Shown here piece by piece: positions 55,348 to 64,000 of a stretch of 64,000 nucleotides of DNA. Source of the DNA: Octopus vulgaris (taxonomy: Eukaryota); contig OX597814.1 of assembly GCA_951406725.2 (NCBI GenBank), forward strand, positions 208,506,001 through 208,570,000. The letters run 5' to 3'. Numbering within the stretch: the stretch's first letter is position 1; every line of letters starts with the position of its first letter. Below the pieces are notes generated by a model, which saw nothing but the letters and a program-made list of their open reading frames with translations, ran no database searches and was not told the origin of the DNA. Made by a program: the position numbers and the translations under genes.

Positions 55348-55552
55348 GTTAATCCAAACAAGAAAACACAAAAAAACACAACAACGTGAGGACGTGGAAC
55401 AAGTATAGTATTATTGGACGCTCAGGGAAGAAGGAAAGAAGGAGGGTTTAACGTTTCGAGCGGAGCTCTTCGTCGGAAACATAGGAGAAGGAAAGATCCA
55501 GAGAAGGGAAGACAGAGGAAAAAAAATCGCCAACGGTACACACGAGGTCACA
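55348..55552 (-). mobile_element. Short (TA)n-inserted element (Penelope pLTR-like)
   Basis: Inverted copy of 31021-31228, flanked by (TA)n on both sides. Confidence 0.72.
55446..55480 (-). ncRNA. Minimal hammerhead-like motif (CCGACGA core)
   Basis: Minus strand reads GTTT-CCGACGA-A-GAGC(TCC)GCTC-GAAA-CG-TT-AAAC, with palindromic AACGTT at helix III. Confidence 0.55.
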
Positions 55553-55563
55553 TTTTATATACA

Positions 55564-55619
<56 letters not shown>

Positions 55620-55802
55620 GCATATATGGGTACAGCACGTCTCCAAAAGTGCAAATAACATGAAATACGTACTCAACGAGAAAAAATGGAAAACAGGACA
55701 AGTTAACACAGAAAGGACCTTTCATCAGTTGTCGGCTGTCTATCTACTCCTGGACGTCCTGTATTCATATCTGTATGTGTATATATATGTTTATATATAT
55801 AC

Positions 55803-55874
<72 letters not shown>

Positions 55875-58224
55875 CGAGAGAGAGAGAGAAAGAGAGAGAA
55901 ATAAAGTAGTGATGCTGATTATGAGTGTCAACAAGTGACCTGAGATAAAATACCCAGGGGAGCATTCTACATGTTAACAACCCTATTCATCGAAAGCGAC
56001 CTCCCTTTTTCTAAAAACGTATATTATCTGAGGAAGTTACGGTTATTATTTCTTGTAGGTTGAGCGACTTCATATCTTCTCCCTCTGCGGGTATTTATAA
56101 AATGTTTCTCAGAGAGAGAGAAAGACAGTTTCTTATTACATTTGTTTCATCAGTGATTTCATATGGTGAGTTGTATCATATTACGTTCGTCTTTTAAAAG
56201 TGGTTATTAATTGTTTCTCGTGAGGATTTAAGGTTGTATTGTAGTGACTGCATGAAAGTGTCTGAGATCCTATTTAATATGATTTAGTCTCAGGATAGAT
56301 TTACGTTAATGTCTTCAGACACAATTAGAAGGAATAATTCGATTTTAAATATATGTGGAGTAGGCTATTATATTCTTTTACCGTTGTTACGTTCATGTCA
56401 ATAGTTAATCTCAGACTGAATTGATCCCTTTATTTTGATGTGTTAGCTGAATGCTTGTTCAAGTCCGTCATCCCTGTAAAGGCCCACACTAAGACCACTA
56501 AATATGTTTTCTAGTTTGTTGAGCACGAACAAAATTAGTACTTTATAAGCTACGTGAATTAATAAGTTACCAAAGGTAATATCAAAATTGTTTGATCTTT
56601 ATTCACACACATCTTTGGAAGGAGGAATCTTCTGGCATGCATGATGACATACAATCCGCTTGTGTGATATTTGCAAGGGATTTGGCAAAAATGCATTTAC
56701 ATATGTAAAATTATATCACGACAGTTATCAAGTGAATTTGTGATGTCAAGATCTAAAAAAAAAAAATGCATTTCTTGTTTAGCTTCTGGCTAGCCTTATC
56801 GAGTAGACTTATAATAATAATAGCATTCCATCTTTCTCCTGTATGCAGAGAACTCATGTACATTATCCAATATGTCCTTTCTTTAAGACAGTTATGTGAT
56901 TTAATGGAAATTTGACTTCTATTTCTAGCAGATAGAACGACTATATACAGATTCCCTTATTGGTTCGAAATGTTGTATCTCAAATTGCTTGGCTGGTTGT
57001 ACTAAAATCGTTTTGCTCGAGGTTAACAGGTCTACATTTGGATAAGTTGTCGGAATTGTTATTTATGGTTCTTTAATGTAATGGAGACTGTTTTCTTTTT
57101 AGTAATGTTGCTTAGTTCGTCTTTGTATAGCATTTTGAAGCTCCCTATTCGTGCTTCCGCTTTGATTTCTTCGTTGTTTGTTTTTGTATGAAGATGTGAT
57201 AGTATTGTGTAAGAAGGTGTAAGTATTTAAGCTTGCTTACACTGCATAAGCATTCTGTTTAGTCAGTAAACACGAGCTGCTCATGAACTTTGAAAAAGCC
57301 TCACGTGCTGCACAAGAAAAAACACCCGGCGGCACATGGGCCAATGTGGAAGTCTAATAACATCAGGTACCATTTAAAATTTTCGGTCGTTGTCTGTTAT
57401 TTTTTTTACAAATTACCGATGAGTACATGGCCAATTAAGGGGAGTTGCCCAAAACCTTAGCGTGTGAGAGTATTTCTGGTTGTTACATACATAAACAAAG
57501 CAATAAGGGATCCATTGTGCAACTACTCGACTTGCTCGATTTGAATGCTAGAAATAGCTCATTGAAACCACGTTTTAAACAAAGATCACATTGGATAATA
57601 TTGGTTTCAAATTTTGGCACAGGGTAGCGGTATGTCGATTAAATCGAATCCAATACTTAACGGGTACTCGCTTTATCGACTCCGAAGGGATGACGGGCAA
57701 AATCGACCTCGGCGGAAAGCAGGTTACAGAATTCCCGAAAGAAATGTGTTAACAGTTTGAATGCCCTTTGATCGCAAATTTGCTTGCTCAGAGTCGACTT
57801 GAGGTTAAATGACAACTATTTAACGATACATCGTTGATTCTTCTGCCGTACACAAAAGATTAAGGTTGCGCAATATCTCCACTGAACAACCTCCACAGAT
57901 GATTTGTTTATAGTGATAAAATGTTTGTACTGAACTCTAGCTCACTCCTTCCATTAATTAAGTCGACACGTGTTACACGTTAGATGTTGAAGTGATCGCT
58001 GAGCAACGTGAAATGAAATGTTTTGCTCAAGAACACACCAAACCTCCTGATGCGGAAATCGAAACCACGAGCTCTCGACCGTGAGTGCAACATTAACCAC
58101 TAGGCCACACGTCTTTATTATAGTGATACATACATACATACATACATACATACATACATACATACATACATACATACATACATACATACATACATACATA
58201 CATACATACATACATACATACATT

Positions 58225-60070
58225 AGATTAAATTACAATACATTCAACTCTATTCCTCACTCATGGTTGCTAAAGTCTCTACACTTGTCAAATATACCTG
58301 CTACCTTAACTCTAACGATTGAGAGGCTTTTAAAGATCTAGGACAACAATCCTCACGCTTAACTGAGAGTGGAATGTTGATCTCTGCTCTGATGTTTTAA
58401 ATTTTCCACTGGGAATATTCTAAGGATATAATCTTTCTGTAATTCTGTTTATTTTGGCATTAAATTCATTATCATTTCTATTACAAAAATCCAGAAGCTA
58501 CAAGCTAAGGTCTGCAATGGCTAGAGATACCAGTGTAACCCGTAATTTGTTTGTGGACTAAAATTTATACTAAAAGTGTTTACAATGCCAACATACAGCT
58601 GGATTTAAAAGCAACTTTTTCAACTGACAAAAGAATGGGATTCTTTTTTCAAAACAAGTGTTTGTTTGTTAAACGTGGAAAATCACTCCATCCCTAAACT
58701 TGAAACCTGTGCACCAACGGTCTCATTATCTCTCCTGTTCCACTTAAAGAATGTTACAAATACTTTGGCATTGATAAAAAAATGTATCACACGAAGTGTG
58801 CTGTAATAAAGATAGATAGATCCGAGAATATTATACCCGATTTAGCAAAATACGGTGGTCGGAACTCTCCTCTGACAACAAGACAATAACTCATAATGCA
58901 TTTTCAGTACCAGTTCTGACACCAACATTTGGAATGCTTGATTAGTCTGTAGAGGAAATACACTCCATAGATTTTAAAACCTACAAGATCCCGACGTCAG
59001 GTGGAAACTTCAACAGAAACAGAGATATTGACAGGCTCTGCATAAGAAAAGATGGATGGAATAAAGGCTTGAGATCAATGAAGACAACCTTCGAATGTCA
59101 TATAACATCTCTCAAACGGTGCCTGCCAAACAATAGCTGCAAATATATGTATGAAACTTGTACTGAAAAGCGAAGAGAGCAACATTTTGCTTGTGAGCAG
59201 TAGTTCCCTTACAATCTGAAAACAGCTGAACTAACATATCTCAATCACCTCATGAAAATTCGAATGTGAAACGCTCAGTACATCAAAAAGGGTTATGTAT
59301 GTGTGTTTCCCGAAGACTTGAAAATGACAGTAAATTCGACATGAAGTGCAACCTTTCATAGGCACGTGACCACACATCACTTTACATTTCGCAGGCTATC
59401 GTCTGCAATCCAAGAGTAGGATATTGCTGCAAAATGTTAAATAAGCAAAAGAGACAGTGAAGCCTTTGGAAACCCAAAATGCAATGGAAAATACGATTAT
59501 GTGGCATTTCTGTTGAAGACACATTATTAGCATCTGCTCGACAATGCCATCAAGGTATAACTCCGAATGCGACACGAAATGGTCACTGAAACAATGACCA
59601 ATGTTATCTGAAAAATAGACTGTCCAAAGGTAAATATAGAGAACACATTCCTGCTACTTCGTACATACATAAGCATTGACATAAAGGATATTGGCGAAAC
59701 ATCCACATCAAAACTTCTACAAAGTGCAAACGTAACAGGCTGGATATCATTGTTTGGGACATCAAGAACAAGTATTTACTGTCATAGAGATAAGCTGCCC
59801 TGTTGATGTAAATAACTGTTCTAAAATCAAAGAGAAAGAGGAAAACTGCCGACAACTGCTTCGAAAACCCCAGGTTCTTCACCTACAATACACGTTTCTT
59901 TCAATAATAGTTGCTGTCTTTGGTTTTGTAAGTAAATGCCTAAGTTGCAAGCTAGAAAGGCTGTGATTTTCAGATAAAGAAATCAGCCAGCTGACACGCA
60001 CATTACAAATGAAGTCTGTAAGCGGAACAATAAAAATGCGTAATTTTTTTTTCTCAAGTTCAATATATGA
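58225..60070 (+). mobile_element. Degraded RLE-type (R4-like) non-LTR retrotransposon: RT, CCHC and endonuclease regions
   Basis: Frameshifted motifs NYNTFNSIPHSWLLKSL, GIF.GYNLSVILFILALNSLSFLL, NLFVD, YKYFGID, HNAFSVPVLTPTFG, RDIDRL, RNRLDIIVWD, VIEISCPVDVN..KIKEKEEN, LQMKSVSGTIK. Confidence 0.88.
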
Positions 60071-60864
60071 GTTTACTAACTATATTTCCAACGATGGAGC
60101 TTTGCATCATTGTTGAAAACCAGCTTCTTCCTTCTACGAAGATACGAAGATTTTTCAAATATTTGAAAATAGAAGAGTACACATACACACACACACACAT
60201 CCGGACCTGCAGATGAAGTATTTTCTTCGTATACTCCGAGTAATGTAATTTTCTTTCAAAGGATTTATTTCAACCGTATATTTTCTATGCAGCACAATGT
60301 TTCACTCTCTTCCAAAATGCTAATGGACATTCAAAGCCCAACATACCTCCACCCATTTCAATGGAATGGCTAATTAGTTCCACTTCATTTACTTATGTCT
60401 AATTTAAGTAACCTGACTTTTCGCAGGACCAATAGACTACCCGTTGTGTCTTAAATGTTGGGATTTCGATTCACATATAATTTGAACACTTGGAATTCAG
60501 TCAGGTACTTATTCAGCAAGTAATGGGCCAGTGGTTTGAATTCCATCAATTCAATGTGATGAATGAAGATTTCATGCTCAAACTCGTATTTAGAGGGTTA
60601 TTAAGTTGATTATCATTTGTAAGAAAAAAATTTAAATTTCAACTTTTATCGCCTGCATGCACACACACACATACATACACACAGAGTTATTTCTCTCTTT
60701 GTTTCTCTGTTTCACTGTAATTTGTAAAAAAAATCCTCTGTGGCCGACAATTTGAAAGAAAAAAAGATTTTGTTAAAACCGCATAATTATGGCTTTTAAA
60801 ACGGTTCTATTTAATCGAAATAATGCTCAAAGTAACCTCAAATATCACTTCAATAGTTATTTTA

Positions 60865-61250
<386 letters not shown>

Positions 61251-62268
61251 ACCAGGTGATTCAAAAGTCCCTTCAGTATTAATATAAACCAGTTAACTAC
61301 CGAGAGGAATTCTTAATGTGTAGCCTGTCTCTTTCCCTCTCTATCCCCATATCATCGCTATCAAATTTGATATGTCAGAATTCTTGATACTAGGGAAAAG
61401 TCTGTCTCCACCTCATATATGTTTATAGGAAACTCAAAAATCTACTATAACTTTAGGGTCTGACGAGAATGAGGACTAACAGCGTCTTTGGGCAGCAACT
61501 TATTTCCTATTTGCTTGCGCCGGGAAAGCATGAAAAATGGCTAACATTTCCTTCAGACTTTGCTTTTGTTGCATTTATTCAAACCCCAAAGAATCCCTCT
61601 CAACACATGGCTATGATTGCTCCTCCACTACCCCTGCTTATCACCAGAGATGCACATATTGTCTGCCAATAAGGGACATGCTCTAGTGGTTAAGGTCAAG
61701 CAACTGACAAGCAACCGATAAGCAAATCTGTAGTATTGAGCAGAATATTTACTATAACGATATTTCTGCTTTAACAACTCAGCGCTGAATCTGTCTGAAA
61801 TGTAATGGAAAATAGGTCAGTTTCATAACATTGATGTCCAGGTCACAAAGGCAAAGTTTAAAGGGAATAGCAGTCATTTCCTTTGATTTCTAGATAAAAG
61901 CAAGTAAGAAATAACAATTACTGACCAAAGAAAAGAAAATTAAGTTTGTTACATAGTGTTATGCATACAAACCAATGTATAGCAATGAAATAGTTCCTTT
62001 TGTTGTTTGAAACGATCGTAACCAGAATAAACTTGTGTCGTTGCATTATCTTCATTGTTTTTAGTCTGACTGCTGTTAAACTCTGTAATTAATGCACCAA
62101 CCCCTTGATTGGTGAATGAACTCGAAATTACGGGTTTTATAGATCGCTCTAAAGATTTAACTTGCGCGGAGTCCCATCTTCCTCACTTGACATTTTATTA
62201 GCCAGGCTAGGTATTCGCTTGGATTTAATCAATCCTCACTATGTGTGCGTATGTATGTGTGTACGCAA

Positions 62269-62313
<45 letters not shown>

Positions 62314-62452
62314 TTCTCCAATAGCTTCCCTCACAACTTCATGCGGCTTCACAGCACTGAGGATGTGGTAGAGTGATACTGTTGGAATGTGCCAAAATCG
62401 TGATGATTCTCAGTTGATAGCTTCAAAGGAAGATTTCCCGCTGCAGAACGTA

Positions 62453-62547
<95 letters not shown>

Positions 62548-62744
62548 TAACCACCGCTACAACAACAAATAAGTAACCTAGAATATTTTATTAACCTTGA
62601 ACTCTTAATCAGTTCATCTTCAAATATGTTTTTCCACAATGCATTTCTTGTTTTGAGAAAAGAATCTCTCGACGTATTTCTCAAACCGTCAATAATAAAA
62701 ACATAAATAAATTCACCACCAACAATAAATACGGCAATAATGAA

Positions 62745-63125
62745 AATAATGTTATATTGTTTCTGGTTGTTCAACCCGTGCCAAAACTGTCTATATAAAC
62801 AGACGTAACTGAGTTGGCGGTTTTGTACACTGGAAACAAAGCCAAAATTATGGAAATCGTTTATGAAAGAGATGGCATAAATACGTGCTTCAAAAAGACC
62901 ATGTTCTCTGATATGACGGTTTCTACAGGCGGATATATGTGAGTCAATTGTCCAGATATTATTGTCAGAGACCACCAGGAAAATAAAGCTTCCTAATTTC
63001 AATGGCTGACAATGTATCGCCGAAAGAAATGAATAAAATATTCAAATGTAAAGACTCGGAAACAGAGATATCCACATTCTAAGAATTGTATAACAGAATC
63101 AACCTCATAGTAATAAGTGCCTTTG
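62745..63125 (+). mobile_element. R4/Dong-like CCHC plus endonuclease remnant
   Basis: YIVSGCSTRAKTVYINRRN.VGGFVHWKQSQNYG, VNCPDIIVRDHQENK and DNVSPKEMNKIFKCKDSETEI match the R4-clade HIVSGC..LA..Y..RH, NRPDIV and KE.EK..KYKDLE motifs. Confidence 0.82.
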
Positions 63126-63126
63126 A

Positions 63127-63304
63127 AGTGGCTGTGTGGTTAGTAGCTTGCTTACCAGCCACATGGTTCCGGGTTCAGTCCCACTGCGTGGCACCTTGGG
63201 CAAGTGTCTTCTACTATAGCCTCGGGCCGACCAAATCCTTGTGAGTGGATTTGGTAGACGGAAACTAAAAGAAGCCCGGCGTATATATGCATATATATAT
63301 ATGT

Positions 63305-63355
<51 letters not shown>

Positions 63356-63526
63356 TCCCCCTAGCATTGCTTGACAACCGATGCTGGTGTGTTTACGTCC
63401 CTGTAACCCTAGCGGTTCGGCAAGAGATACCGATAGAATAAGTACTAGGCTTACAAAGAATAAGTCCCGGGGTCGATTTGCTCGACTAAAGGCGGTGCTC
63501 CTGAAACAAGTAAAAGAGTAAAGAGT
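63127..63526 (+). mobile_element. SINE family A
   Basis: Near full-length, with a small deletion before the tail. Confidence 0.9.
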
Positions 63527-64000
63527 AAAATTGAGTGTAGGTATGATTGGCTTTTACAATTAAATGCTTCTAAGATCGATCACACGACGCAGCACCCATG
63601 GACAGTGTCGCTCATGTTGAGTAATATCTTGTGAGTAAGAATATGGTAGTCAGAACCTGCTTCAATCACACTGAACGCATCTACTATACACAGGTAGCTG
63701 CAGATACCATTATAACTTCATCCTGAAGATAAAACTAGAAACGTTGATGCTGGATTTGGGAAATTTTCTCTTAAACTGCTACGAACCCATACATAAATAT
63801 AATACACACACTCGCGTCCGAGCAGACACACATACACGCACGCTCGCAATGTATATGCATGTGAGTGGATGGATGTGTGTGCCAGCATCAGTATTTATAC
63901 ATATGTTTGTATCCTTTTCTAATGTGTGTAGGCAATGAAAGTAAGTATAGGCCAGAAAACACATTAAAAAGTCATCAGGATTTTTCGAGAAGTCCTTTGG

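Noticed and set aside
62349-63002. 217-aa minus-strand ORF with a TM-like segment
   Set aside because: It starts at TTG, is partly antisense to a + strand R4/Dong endonuclease remnant, and ends in (TAT)/(CAT) repeats.

Overview
This is a eukaryotic, AT-rich, microsatellite-dense window made mostly of interspersed repeats. The SINE/LINE repertoire and style look like an Octopus (coleoid cephalopod) genome; that is recognition, not a search result. It holds three tRNA-headed SINE families, many 5'-truncated RTE-clade LINE ends with (GAT)n tails, at least five R4/Dong-like restriction-endonuclease LINE remnants, a zinc-knuckle LINE ORF1 remnant, non-autonomous Helitrons, piggyBac- and mariner-type MITEs, foldbacks and a ~1.3 kb (ATAC)n array. 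Nearly all supplied ORFs are microsatellite or TE artefacts. About 1-55 kb looks CpG-depleted, possibly the introns of a + strand gene, with a candidate FN3-start exon at 29862-29957 and a duplicated candidate terminal exon near 53.4/53.7 kb. CpG returns after ~55 kb. The most interesting signal is a set of short (TA)n-associated elements carrying minimal hammerhead-ribozyme-like motifs with non-canonical cores, including a U3-A8 compensatory variant at ~32.7 kb. All alignments were done by eye and coordinates of degenerate elements are approximate.
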